From positions 4,572,336-4,636,335 of the forward strand of contig NW_002060948.1 in assembly GCF_000150275.1 (NCBI RefSeq): a DNA stretch of 64,000 nt. Direction: 5' to 3'. The notes below the pieces were generated by a model. The model was not told the DNA's origin. It worked only from the letters and a program-made list of their open reading frames with translations, and ran no database searches. Both the position numbers and the translations under genes were made by a program. Numbering within the stretch: position 1 is the first letter of the stretch; each line of letters starts with the position of its first letter. Positions 1 to 13,529 of this stretch are shown one piece after another. The stretch is from Trichoplax adhaerens (Eukaryota; Animalia; Placozoa).

Positions 1-3000
1 GAGTATGAATTTGGTTAATGTCTAATAGACGAGGTGATTCGTGTAGTTAAACCGGTTTTAGGCACCGAAGCCTAAATAAGCAGCGGCTTCGCCGATAATA
101 TATTTAAATGGGATGTGATTTTCTAAAATGTTTGGAGATTTCTCTGGGCTGAATCCTATTGATTACTATTTAGAAATACCAACTGATTGGCATTCCAAGT
201 TACAGTAGCGTAGGTTAGAAAACACTCTCAAACTGTGTTGGAAGTTAGGGCTATTCCTAGCTAGCAACATTTATCTACCGTAAGTATCCAATTTTACTAA
301 AACTCCTGGTGTAAAATTTTGTGAATGGTAACCAAGTTCACAACCGCTGACTCATTGAACCCAGTATCACAGCATTGTTGGCGTTAATAAACTTGAAGAT
401 AATGAAAATATTTATTATGGTATATGTGTATGTTGACGCTATTTCTGTAATTTCTACATATTTCTATCATTTTCAGATAACCCTCATGATTATGATTCTT
501 AGCTCATTATAGCAGTAAAAGCTATAAGTAGTATTACAGAAAGGTAATCGGTAGAATTTCGTAGTAAAAATCTTGAAAGAGATATCCTCACGGGAATTGA
601 AATAGCAAATTTGTGATGCTGTAGATTCCATATTTATTGCAGTTATTTGACTGAAGACTTCATCATAAGTCTGAATATAAATCCATTAATACTACAGAAA
701 TGCTGCTTTTCAATGGAGATAGTATTTTAATGACAGGATAAACTATAGATAAGCAAAGGAAAAGACGCAATTTATAGTGACAATTTTCATAACTAGCCTT
801 ATCATATACTCGACTAAAGCTTTTGAAACAGTAACTTTGCAGATTCTATTTAGATATTAATTTTGAATTGATATCTTATTATGAAAGTTTAGTAATACCA
901 ATCCCAGAAGCGGTGCATATTTAGTATAAGTGATATCAATTAGATGAGGAGAATTGTATATTTATTGGATTAAAGATTTCAGAAGAATACAGGTATCGTT
1001 CATACTCCTATCTGACCATATTTTATGATTTAAGATTTATAATTGCATGCATTTCATTAAATTAAAGCTATAATCGATTTTAAAGTAATAAATTACTTGG
1101 CTGTGTCAGTAAATTAGCTCAACAGATGCGGTATTCTTATAAGTTCTCCATTAAATACCAGTACTTCATTAACGTGTTATAAAATAAGGTAGTTTTATTT
1201 CTCAAGTTCCCAAACGAGCTCTAATGAATTTTCTAAGCAGTTAACTCAGTTATTAACTGATTAACAAATTGAGTAAGTAATTAAATGATTAATTTCTGTT
1301 ATCAAGTCACTTATAACATACTGCTCTACGGATTGCGTACCGATTAGTTAAGCCACTTGATCCAACACGAAACAGCATCACTGGCTACGCTGACTACAGC
1401 ATAGCTAAAGCCTCTCGGTAGCAACAGAACCGTACAATCCTAACATTGCTACATTACGTCAAATATATAATTGTAACAATCTGTGATATGGAAATACTAG
1501 CAGTATGCCATATTTTAGACTTGATTAGTGTATTGAAAGCTACCAACTATTCTGTCCAATCTAAGAAGGTCTAATTTTATAAGATATATAATCTAAGTAA
1601 AGTAACCAATATTGCCTTAGATTGCCTTATTTTATCTTCAAAAATCATAAACCTAATCCGGAACGCATCAAAAAGTCCGCATAGCAGCATCCTCCTTTCA
1701 TTGTAAATTTTCATAATTAGCAATCTTAGGAGGATTTGATATGCGAGTACATATTGAATCGCTTTTAATTTAAAAGTAATTAAAACTTCTATAGTCAACA
1801 GAACCAGTTATTGTCGGTATAAATTTTCAACAGGCTAGTGTGACTCAAAGATTTATTAATTTTATCCTTGCAGTGATGCCAAATTGTAATTGGCGAAGTT
1901 TTATTAGCAGAGACTCGTTCACATTGAAATTACTTAAGTATAAAGTGCTAATATTGTTTCACCTAAAATTGATTTAAAAATACGTAGAGGTCACGAGATT
2001 ATTACTTCAGGTAATCATTACACTTACTGTGTAAATAATGTAAATTTCTGGTGCTTATGATTATTTATTTTGAACTTCGTTTTCAGGTAGCTTAGAAAAT
2101 AGACTATTTGACCTTATGTATCAGTCTGTCTCAGCATGATTCTAGATAAAATAACCATATCCTCTAAAATGTTTCCGTACTTGTGTCTTTAAAAAAGTAT
2201 TAATTAATTTTTCTATTCCAAAAACTTATCTCACGAGAATATTCTGCGGCATGAATATAAATAATGATATAAGTATAAACACCACCAAATGCAATCTTAG
2301 CTGTTTTATAGATCCTTTTTCATTTACTTAGTCGATAATTTTTAAGTTTCCAAATCATCAACTTCGAGGCATAGTAATTTTAATTAATTTATTCTCATGC
2401 AATCTATGATAAAAATATTGCTAAAATTCTAACGTGAGCTTACATCTTGTGATACAAGGCATAACTAATGAAAGTAAATAAATTGTTATTATGATAATTC
2501 TTAATCTAGCTTTATGCTAGCTAAAATTAGAATCATTTATGTACGGTAACATCACATGAGTAAATTTCTTACAGCGTATAAAATACTGGTATAGAACAGG
2601 ATTAGGTGTTGCAGGTCAAGTAGAGCTGTTAAAACTAAAACTCTAATAAGATTTCAATTAAGCTCACTTTGATATCTTAATGTAGCTGAGTGTTACGAGC
2701 GGCAACAAGATTGGTGGTATATTAGAGCATGACAGAATCTAATGAAAATTCGAAAACTACTTCAGATAACTCCATCATTCATAAAATTAATAATATTCAC
2801 ATCATTCTAACAAAACTCTCCGTGTTTCCTTAATAATAATATGCAAATCTGTTAATATATTCTGAGTAATAGAATACCCACAGATTATTTCATAGTTATA
2901 ATGTACTATCATTAATTTTATCTGATAAGAGTGCTAGTAACTTTTCGTAACTTTTGAAGAAATAGCAATGATTAAGAAATAACTAAAGCATGGCATATTT

Positions 3001-3632
3001 ACAATCACGTTTTCTTTATTTCCATTTCTTGCCTCACCGTCATGAATATGTAGAAATAAGGCTATAACTGTTATAATTTTTAGAGCTCTTATATATTTCT
3101 GAGTATAGCTGTATTTAAAATGCAATCACACATTAAATGATCAATCTATCCAAAACTGGTTAATCAGGTTATGCAGTCAATCAGATCAACAAAAATTATT
3201 GATGGTAAATAACTTATGTAAATTATATAAATTGACCGTAATTCAGTTATAAAGCTTTTTTAGGGACAATCAGGCGTGAAAACTATGAATTTTGATGACT
3301 CTACAACGACACCAATAAATCGCGAAGTTTCATAGAAATATCAGGTAAACAATTACATATACTCATGCGGCGTGTTGACGAATTCAAGATTAGATAGCAA
3401 ATTTACAGTTTACTCTATTAATGATATTAATTGTCAGCAATAACAACAGTGTATTTTCATACAAGTGTTAAACCTAAAATTTCTTATCCGAAGTATTGTG
3501 CTTATAGTATCGTAGATTCCTGATTTTATGTTGAAATTGATGCTATAGCAAAGACTGCTAACATATTAATTTGATGTTAATCAAACGAGACAATTTTTAT
3601 CATAGCAGACGATAATGACTCGATCAATTGAA

Positions 3633-6600
3633 TCATCGTTTGCCAATGTTGACGCCATAAATTGCATCTACTGGCGTAAAGATGATTCCTTGTAGCTGGA
3701 TATTTCTTATCTGACCAGAAAATCCTGATGAAAGTCTATTTTCTGTTTTTGCTGAAATATCTGGTGCACCACCTTAGTATCAAATTTCAAGTAGAATATC
3801 ACTCTTACATTACGCGAACTTTGTAATAGTAGTATTTATCGAGTCGTATCCAAAGCTTTATTCATTGTAAAATTATGTAGCTAATTTATTTTCATGTATT
3901 ATTTTACGTTTGCTTTAAATCGTGCAGGGTTATAACCGATATTTTGATCATGATTGCATTTCGATTCCATTTAAAACAAAGATTTTATGGCAAGATATAT
4001 ATACATTATCCTTACTGGGAAAACTCCAGTCTTAATCATTGTGACACTGCAGTTTAATTAACTCCTGCTAATGTTACCATTTGAAATGTAATCATGAAAT
4101 TACCAGATATTAGTACGAAAAGATGTTAGTACCTTGAAGTGAAAGATTAGTTAGTAACTATCACGAACTAGAAAAACAAGTACATGCTAGATGCTAGACA
4201 AATTATTCATCTCTGATAAAAATTTAATTAAATTTTTGTAGTGCTTTTTACTTAATTTTCAGTCGTGGTTTGAATTAAATAACATTATTTTGTGATTATC
4301 GCTGAAATTTTGCTTTACATGTGTAGTGTATTTAGAATATACTGTAACTATATTCTACTCTTAAATATATACATGTTGTATTGCTCTTATATTTAGACAG
4401 ATCTACAGTCCGCTTACTCTACATTCATATATAGACTACTGTATTTAGTTATTACGGTACTCGCTGTTTTCTACAATCATCTGCTATTTTGTAACCTGTT
4501 ATGGTATATGTTGTATCTAATTCCACAATCCTATTCTCTGCATGTTCTCTATCTTTAAAATTATAAATACCGGCTATTTCTACCTCAGAGTTCGTTAGCT
4601 TCTCAGTTAGTCTTCTAGTTAGTCTCTGTTACATTTTCTAGTTTATCGTAACAATAATTTAATAGTCCAGTAGGGCTTGAGTAATGAACAATCACGAGTC
4701 CAATAGAGCTTAAGTACCGAACTAACTTTATTATGCGTTAGGAGCCGTTATATATAAGGGACAATTACCAGTAATGTGCAATAACGGACATACCATGAAT
4801 GTTAACGACAATTTTATCTTATTCATAATAAGATAACAACTTATTTTCTTAGATATGCTATCTAGGACTTAATCGTCATCATTACAGAACAACTGCAGAA
4901 ATATACTGAATAAACAGGCTTATTCAATATGATAAATCTTATCGATACTATGTCTACAACAACTGTATTATTTCGTAACAGCCTCTCGCAGTTTAATACT
5001 TCTACTCGTTACTCACGACAGCTTGCACGCTGATCTACCGTAACTACCTCACTGTACTTCACTTTACTAACCTACAATAAAGCGTAACTTTTATAAACCC
5101 TTTGGTGCAATAATTGTAAATGGCGACTAAATCTCAATCCTCTGAGATATTGAACCCTCCATCACAACATGTTATTGGCAATTACTGGTTTCAATCAGAA
5201 TATTATGACTGTTAAACATGTAGACTACGAATGCTAACATGTAAGTTTTGTGCATTTCCCGCGATTTTATAGGTACATTTAACTAAATGTAGCAACTGAT
5301 CTACTCCACTATTGTTATCAATATTACTATAAAGCTGCCAGGATATTTATTGTAGGATTATAGCCAACCGTCTGACAAATATTTCTGCATTTAAATTCTA
5401 TTTAGGCTTAATAGTATCAGCATTTGTCGAGTTACATACCTATGTAAGCATAATTGGAATTTACTACCAGTCTTGATGGGCCAAGATTGGATGATTTGGA
5501 TAACTGAGCTTCGAAGTTATCGACAAACATTTTAATGCTAGAGTAACTCCTGTAAGATAAGAGATATACATCAAAATTGCTTAGATTCGATTTTTAACCA
5601 AGTTTACTCTTCCGAAAAATTCTATAGATATTATAGATAGTATATTATGATATTGTAATTTTTAAAGATCTTAAGATCTTATACCTAGTCACATTGACTT
5701 GATAGTACTTCCCAGTAACGATATTTTGAGATGAAATTAAGTAATTTTCGCGTCCATTAACATGCAATCTATTGATGTTATAGAATATAGTACTTTTAGA
5801 TGAAATCCGAATGCATATGAATAATAAGTAATTAAAAATTTATTAGTATAATTAATGAGGTTGAAATAGACATTGTTCTGTTCTGTATTAACCTAAGCTC
5901 GAGCCTACTTTTTATCAAGGCTATATAGAGATATTTTCCCTCTGATTTCTGGATTGATTAAAAGACAAATTTTTAGATATTAAATTGAGGATATGTGAAA
6001 AAAGTGTCTCAGAATCAGAAATGATCAAAATTAGATAACTGACATTGCTCATTTTACTACACAAACTACTTCTTTATAGTGTCGAAATATCTCAATGGGA
6101 TATTCCTAACCAAAAGCTAAAATATTTACTGTATTAACTATTTAGCGTAGATGTGCGCTCAGTACAATCTTAAGATTCCACTTAATCTATAATCACGTAT
6201 ATCCAGTGTCAATCTTTTAATTTTATATATCTCTTAACGATTTCTTTCGACCTTTTAATTTATTTGAGAGTAGCACCTCAATAGGATATCAATAATTGGC
6301 TACATAATCTACCGTCGGACGAACAGTGATTACTGTAGTCTCTTTATAAGCCCAAGCATTTACAATAGTGAATTTAGAATTAAATATATTTACAGTGATA
6401 AGTAATAGAATATTAAATGATTATACCCCTCAATCTTACCTGACCAATCCAATATAGGGCACCTTCTAAGTTTAAGGCATTAAATTCGAACTGAATTTGC
6501 TGATATCTGCACAAAAAACAATAATTAATTCTTATGGTGACATGTATTTTCGCCTGAAATTCTTAGACTAACAAAAGTTAAATTGTAATAAGATGTCGAT

Positions 6601-9600
6601 TAAATCGTTGATATGCTTTTATTATTAGTTGCAATGCTAAATAATACAGCGCAAGAATATGAAACTTACTCATTAATAATATTTACTGAATAGAGCAGGT
6701 AACTATACTTTTGGAAATATGGAATATCGTTGGCATTTAGTTGTTTCACTGTCGAGATAAACGTAAAGCGATAGTGATAAATTTCATCATATTCTTAAAT
6801 ATTTCTTGCATATTCTTTATTTATCGGATAACTTTTTACTATTCTTACATCGCTAACTTCATGAGGAATTTAAAAGTTAGTCAAGTTAACCTTAAAGCTA
6901 TCTTTAAGTAAAAATGCAAGAATGATGCCTTAACCCTACAGTTAAATTGTATTTACAGTACTATTTATTACCTTCCCCACAGTCCGATAATCCATAGTAT
7001 GGCATAGGACATAAGCAATAATGTTGTTTACCGTTTGCTATACATCGTCCATTATTCAGACAAGGTGATCGGCTACATGGGTTTGTTGTCGCAGAATACA
7101 TTTTCTCGCAGTAATTTCCATAATATTTATCTCTACAGCGACATGTGAAATAACTTTCGTCTTGTGCAAATTTTTGACATGTACCTCCATTTCTACACAC
7201 CTGGTCTCCTTCACAGGCAGCGCCGCATTTGTCCATTTGACGACTTTCGACTGGCTTACTTAAGTCTATCTGTTTGTTATTAAATGATAATTGAGAGATA
7301 CAACCGGAAAATCCATATGGAACTTCAAATAGTGGATTCAGGCTTAAATCGGATAATCCTGCTAAGAATATCCAGCTAGATAGATCTATTGTTGTACTTT
7401 TACCCAAAAAACTACCAAAAGTAAATGCCGGTGTTCCACCGTTAACTACTACCGAACTCCATCCCCGTTCATACTTTGCTACTATGTGGTACCACTTGCC
7501 TTCTTGAATAATGAGTGGATAAACAACCTTACCGGATATTCCAGCAGGGCTACTTTGTGGTCCACTTGAATAGTAAAATGTAATGTGCCGATCTTTAACA
7601 CCTAGTGAAATATAATGCATTGTCGAGGGTGTATTTTCTGCAAATCCGTTACTTTGAAATATAATCAGACCATCATGAACTTTAGTAGGCTTAATTTTGA
7701 TGTTGATTTCATGATAGTCAGATGGCCTTAATGCTGAACCAATAAATGCTCCATAGGCTGCATTATTAGGATTGCTATTATCAAATCCTGGGAGTATCGA
7801 TGTTACTGCAATTTATATATAAGACACATATCACATATAGTTTTAGTAACGATCTGAAATATCGAAAGTAATATCTGCCTGATTATCTCTTAAGAACATA
7901 AAATCTTCTCTCGTATTTTCCAAAGTAACAATTACTGTAAAAAAAATGTTTAATTTAACCTGCTATATCTACTTGCAGCCGTGCCGATACATTCCCATAT
8001 GCATTCGAAACATGACATTCATAAATTCCAGCCATTTCTTGTTTAGGATTTCTAAATTTTAATGAAACACCTGACACCAATGATTGATCAATACTACCTC
8101 CAACTTTAATCCAGGTCACCGATGGAGCTGGTTTCCCGGCACCATTACAGGATACATCTTTTGTTTCACTTTTTAAAAGCCTTAATGCAATTCTGTTTGA
8201 TGGTGATATTTTAGCCGAAGGATAATCTGAAAATTATGGATTTTGCGTTAGAAAAATATTTTACACGTATGTGTGTAACATTTATATTATTTGATAATAG
8301 TGGATTTATAGAGAGAATAAGCTAATTTCACCACATTCTACTAATAGCAGTCAATATTATATTAACATTGAATGACTACTGACGTTAGCGTTAATTCAAT
8401 TTTCTCACCATCAACATGGAGCTGAACAGAATCTTGGCCAATCCCATCATTATTAGAAACAGTGCTAGTATAATATTCGCCTGATTTTTGAACATTTCGT
8501 AAAATTAAGAATGGACCGTATGTCTGGTGATGATAAGGTAAACCGGCTCCCATTCTAGTCCATTCACATTCTTTACTCTGTGTGCCATTAATGTTACTAA
8601 ATAAAATAGCTGTACCCCCTCGTAAAACCTTAGCTGACTTTGGCTGAACATCAACATCAACATCTGTTAATAATTATAAATCAAGCTTGTAAATAGAAAA
8701 TTTAAAAATTCTAATGTCTTTAAAACTCACCGGTAATACGGTATGATGTATTTTTTAGCAGAGATTATGCTTATGTATTGATTAGAATTAAAAATAGATA
8801 AAGCTATATTATATTGTATTAATGCGATATAGTCTACTACTTACGCTTCGATAGATCAACAACCAAAATTACATTTTTAGAAACACTCCCATCTTGATTT
8901 GAAAGTTGGCAAGTATAAATACCGGAATGGCACTCAGTATTAGCTGGAAATATGAGTCTACCCTGTTGATCTTGGAAAACACCTGATGGGAATTTAGTGT
9001 CGCTTTTAGTAGCCCATTTTGGGATATTTTGGGAAGATTCGGAGAAGCATGCAAATTCTAATCTTTGACCTTTCCTAGCATAAACAATCCCTGATGGCAC
9101 CAGTTTTAATGATGGTACTGCTGCTTAACGAAATTAAAATTTAGAAGTCGAGTTGGGAAATAAATTCTAGAATATTACATGCTATCATCTGCAGTACTAG
9201 GATATTAAGTATTATCATCTATGAATGAATTTATAATACATCTAACCTGAATTTGCTTGATAGAAAGACATCTAGATATAATCAGAATAAATACATTAGC
9301 AGCTAAAGCATCAGTTTTTACTATACATGTAATGGCTTATATCACTAACGTTTCGGATGAGATCATTTATCGTGCAACTATAGTTGTGAATTAACTCGTA
9401 ATACCAAGAATAGAACTAATGCATTAAATCCATTATTTCTCCTATAAATTAATTTGCTATTCTACCGCGTTAACATTAATGGTAACTAACGAACTATGTT
9501 ATTTAATTTATAAAATAAATGAATCTATATCGCATATAAAATAGACACCAAAAAATGTTTTATCATAATGAATCTGATCAATGTTACTAGTAACTCATTC

Positions 9601-11769
9601 AAAATACTTCCAAGTACAATTGGATAAATTCTCAACATTCATGAAGCCAAAATTGTCGCTCAAATTATACCCCTATTAAGTAATATAATCAGCATTATAG
9701 TATTTACATCTAAATTAAAGTAAAAATCCATAGCGTACCTTTATCATCGAGCAAAGGTAAATTTAAATCGTTAGAAAATAAAGTGTTGAGAAAACATAAT
9801 AAAAAATCAAACATCAGTTAGAAATCATGCTTAAACACAGCACCTTACAGTGTTTAGACAAGTCTATTCCAATTATGTGTGATATATTGTTTTATATTAT
9901 ACTATCCCGAAATCTCGCAAAACCTCGTTCGTGATAATGTTTTGTTGTAGTTTAAATTGAGTTTTCACTACAATAATCTCTTTTCAACTTGCTTCTGAAT
10001 TGATTTCTATAAAGATGCATTGAAGCAATTATTATGAAGGAGTTGAGCATAGAATTTCTCTTATAAATGTTCTAGTGTCGGCTACTTGCGGTAGTTGCGG
10101 TAGTAACGGACTCATAGTAGCTGAAAAGAAGATATTTACGATTGTTCTAGGAAAATAGTTATCTTGCCTGTACTTTCAGCCTTTCTCTATGTGTTTAGGT
10201 CTCGACTTTGGGCCATACATTAACGAGAACAAGGGTAATAAATATTTTAAATTTTAAATGTATAAACGATCAGAAAGTAGAATTTCACCTTGCTTTAATT
10301 TTCGAGTACCTCAAGTGTATCATTACACTCACTGTATAGTATATAATCTTGGTTAAGTTAAGCTGACAGCTAAAAAATAATTGTATCTTCGTTTTGCTCT
10401 AAGACGCTGCAGGGAACAGGTTCTTAAGTAACTTAATAGCAAGATCCCGATAATAAATAGTAAAATGGTGGCACCAGTTTGTAGGATACTAATGGTGTTA
10501 AAGATACTACATTTGGGTATTAGGATAGTTCAATACTATTAGTGGATAATTTAGAGGCGATAGCAACGGACTTAAGTGAGAATAGAATATGTTATAAGAA
10601 AGATTATAAAAGGCTGGCTTCATGTGAAGGAAGTTTAGTTTGAGCTCTAGCTGTGCATGGATTACGTTGTCTAACTTTGCTACTGTTATTCCATATTATA
10701 ATAAACGTATTATTTAACAATAAAATTAAGAAATAAACTATTTTCATCTACTAACTTTGGGAAACAATTTATTAAGTTATCATGCCATAGTAAATCGCAT
10801 TGTGGTAGATGACTGTAATATACTTATGCATAGTAAGTATAAATCTTATAATATGAAAATTAAAATGTAATTAAGTAGGAGTACGCCCTAACACATAATA
10901 TGTATACACTTCCAAAAATCCAGATGCCGGCCTTTGATGCCAAACTTAGTAGAAATCATAATTATTTAATATTAATATTATTAATGGGATTACATGAAAC
11001 TTATAACCAGGTACATTATTTTACAAAAGAGACATTAATAAAGTAAAATAATGTCAGAAAAATTTGTTTAAAAACTTGTTACTTTTGCGAAACCTAAATT
11101 AAGATTATCGGTAACGACAATAAACTTATTTGTGTGCCAGTATTTCTTTATAAAACTGAGGGCTCTCATAAAGTTGATTCTAGGCTTAATTTACGACTGT
11201 CCGCCTGAGTTTATATTATCAGAGAAATTATTTTATAACTATGAATCTAGTTGTAGCACTGATTTGTGACAATCAAGAAAATTATTGTATAAGAAAGTCA
11301 TAACAGGTAAGCTTATTTCCAGAAATAACGATAAAAAATATTCATTCTGAGAGTTTTTTATTATTTTATAACGAGGTGTTCTGCTAGAGTAATGTATATC
11401 GTGGAAAAATGCTAAGATTCTACGAGCTTATATTAAAATAATTAGCAAAAACTTGCCTGTTATTAATCTAATATACTATAGATAGCAAGTGGATAATTCA
11501 ATAGATTTAATGGGAAGATACCGAATTATTATAGCCGTTGATTTATGAACGTGTTAAGGTGAAAGCAAACTTTGCCACTTAATACTGAAAGCGTTTGCTT
11601 GTACCTTAAAGCCTAATAAGTGCAAGGTGCTTCTGAAAATTCCTTAATAATTGCAATGGACGCAATTAAATATTCTTAAGCAAACAAATGACATTGTTTA
11701 ATAATTGCTACTTACCGCAAGTATGGCAAGATAGGCTACCAATAGGAGAATGCTGAAGGGTTTTCTCAT
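3633..11769 (-). CDS. Secreted perlecan C-terminus paralogue (signal peptide-Ig-Ig-Ig-LG-EGF-EGF-LG), 12 exons, 748 aa
   Basis: Exons 11716-11769 (MRKPFSILLLVAYLAILA), 9247-9271, 8845-9120, 8409-8663, 7960-8226, 6972-7805, 6670-6748, 6440-6506, 5893-5948, 5685-5768, 5440-5549 and 3633-3772 (TGA). All are GT-AG and phase-compatible, total 2247 nt, with no internal stop seen. Exon boundaries match the perlecan 3' end. The first two exons are the least certain. Confidence 0.82.
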
Positions 11770-12083
11770 CTTGGATGATCTGAGAAAGCGTAAAGCAACG
11801 TATACAGTAGGCTAAAAATTACGAGTTATGGGAATTTATCTCCTCTGACGTTCGATTTAAATTGCCGAACACTATCAAGTGTATTATTAAGGGGATAACT
11901 TATACTATGCTAGTAGTGATCCAGCCAGGATACAGAAGATCGAAAGAACTATATTACTTCTTCGCTATGAATTAAACTACTAATCCTTTTTAGTAGTAAA
12001 CTTTTAAATGAAGTCTAGACTTTAGTCTGACTGCAGCTTATTTAATTCAATTTTTTGCTAATGATTGGTTCATTTCCAATTGA

Positions 12084-12133
12084 NNNNNNNNNNNNNNNNN
12101 NNNNNNNNNNNNNNNNNNNNNNNNNNNNNNNNN
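12084..12133. other. Assembly gap (50 N)
   Basis: Run of n characters. Confidence 0.99.
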
Positions 12134-12391
12134 AGAGACTAAGCACATGAGCTATCATAGAGGAATGATAAATATTATAATACCTCAAGCCAAGGTATAA
12201 ATCAAGAAAGGATTCATTTCTACCGTACTGATTGAGTTAGCAAGCCTATCTAGCCGTCAACAGCAATCGAAGTCAACAAAATTCCATTAATTGTAATTAC
12301 TGACGTAAGCAACATACGTAACTTTTATGAAACCCCTGCTATCATTTCTTGTGAGAGTATGCATACTACTAACTAGTAAATTAAAGTTCGG

Positions 12392-12488
12392 TATATATAC
12401 ATATATATATATAATGCCGAACGTATGATACAGATAGTAAATGTTGCATTTTTTATAGATTTCTCTCTCTCTCTCTCTATATATATAT
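12392..12488. repeat. Short (TA)n and compound (TC)n(TA)n microsatellites
   Basis: tatatatacatatatatatata near 12392-12412 and tctctctctctctctctatatatatat near 12462-12488. Confidence 0.7.
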
Positions 12489-13529
12489 GTAATATAGGGA
12501 AGGACTTCTTGATCAAAAATGATCTTCAAAAATTATAAATATATTGGTCGAATTTATTTTTTTATCGAGAAGTCACTGATAGACACGTAGCATGTGAATG
12601 GTTCTCCCTTTACTATAGCAATTGCAGACTTTTGAATATGTTTGCATATTAAATGCTAAGACTGCAAATCTTTCTACCTTATTGTTTAAGTATCTAAATA
12701 TGAAATTTAGCATTGTGTAAATCTAAGTTTTAATTTTCAATTAAAATTATTTCTTAATATGTAACTGAAATGTACTGGATGTAAAGTAATAAGAATTTTC
12801 GTCTAGATTAGATTGACCATAATTACGAAAAACATTTAGAAAAAATTCCTTACACATTAGGGTCTAATTTTAGTAATTGTAGAGTAGAACCTACGAGAAT
12901 ACATTACAATGCTCTAATTACTAATATCGCAATAATGATGGTAGGAAGTAAAGAATTATAAATAAATAAATAAGTAAAGTTTATTTTGCCACATTAATAA
13001 ATAAAACTAGACTGTGGATTACTTTGAATGCATTGGACGTACCAAAATCAGTAATACGAAGGTATATGAGATAATTAGTAATTATAATAAATTATTCATT
13101 TTAGTATTACTTAAACTATCCGGATAATTCATTCAAAACAAAATCCAAACTTTTTTTTCGCAGCTCGGTTTCAATAATAAAATTTTAAGAGAAAAATTAA
13201 CCATAGTAAAATATACATAACTGACTACATATCACTTAAATTCTTAGATATAATTATTAGCTTATACGATCATTTTTAAATTAAGCAGGTTTTAAGAGAC
13301 GCTAAAAGATGAGCAATACGCAATATTCGACGAGTACCTAGTCTTAATGTTGTTAGAATTTATCTTGCTATGAATATGTTAACTGCATTTATAACACTTC
13401 CGTTAGCACCAAGTAACTTACACTATGATAAGAGTAAGTTGAAACTCATTATTATATCGCATAGCAATTTAGCAGGGATTTTTAGCGTTGCTTAGTGAAT
13501 CAATGCTAGAATAATTTACCATGAAAGTT

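Noticed and set aside
1330-1440. Imperfect inverted ends (ggattgcgtac...gtacaatcc) suggesting a MITE
   Set aside because: Match is short and imperfect, with no target-site duplication or second copy in the window.
1577-3125. Short minus-strand ORFs 1577-1798 and 2934-3125
   Set aside because: No domain motifs, non-ATG starts and no convincing exon chain; expected by chance in AT-rich DNA.
6313-6375. Candidate LG exon in the paralogue
   Set aside because: No suitable AG acceptor and no similarity to the perlecan exon; 5893-5948 fits instead.
9739-9814. Alternative first exon for the paralogue (MFDFLLCFLNTLFSNDLNLPLLDDK, phase-1 donor)
   Set aside because: Poor signal-peptide character compared with the 11716-11769 plus 9247-9271 model; not excluded without cDNA.
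12287-12529. 80-aa ORF with YIYREREREIY
   Set aside because: Translation of TA/TC microsatellites.
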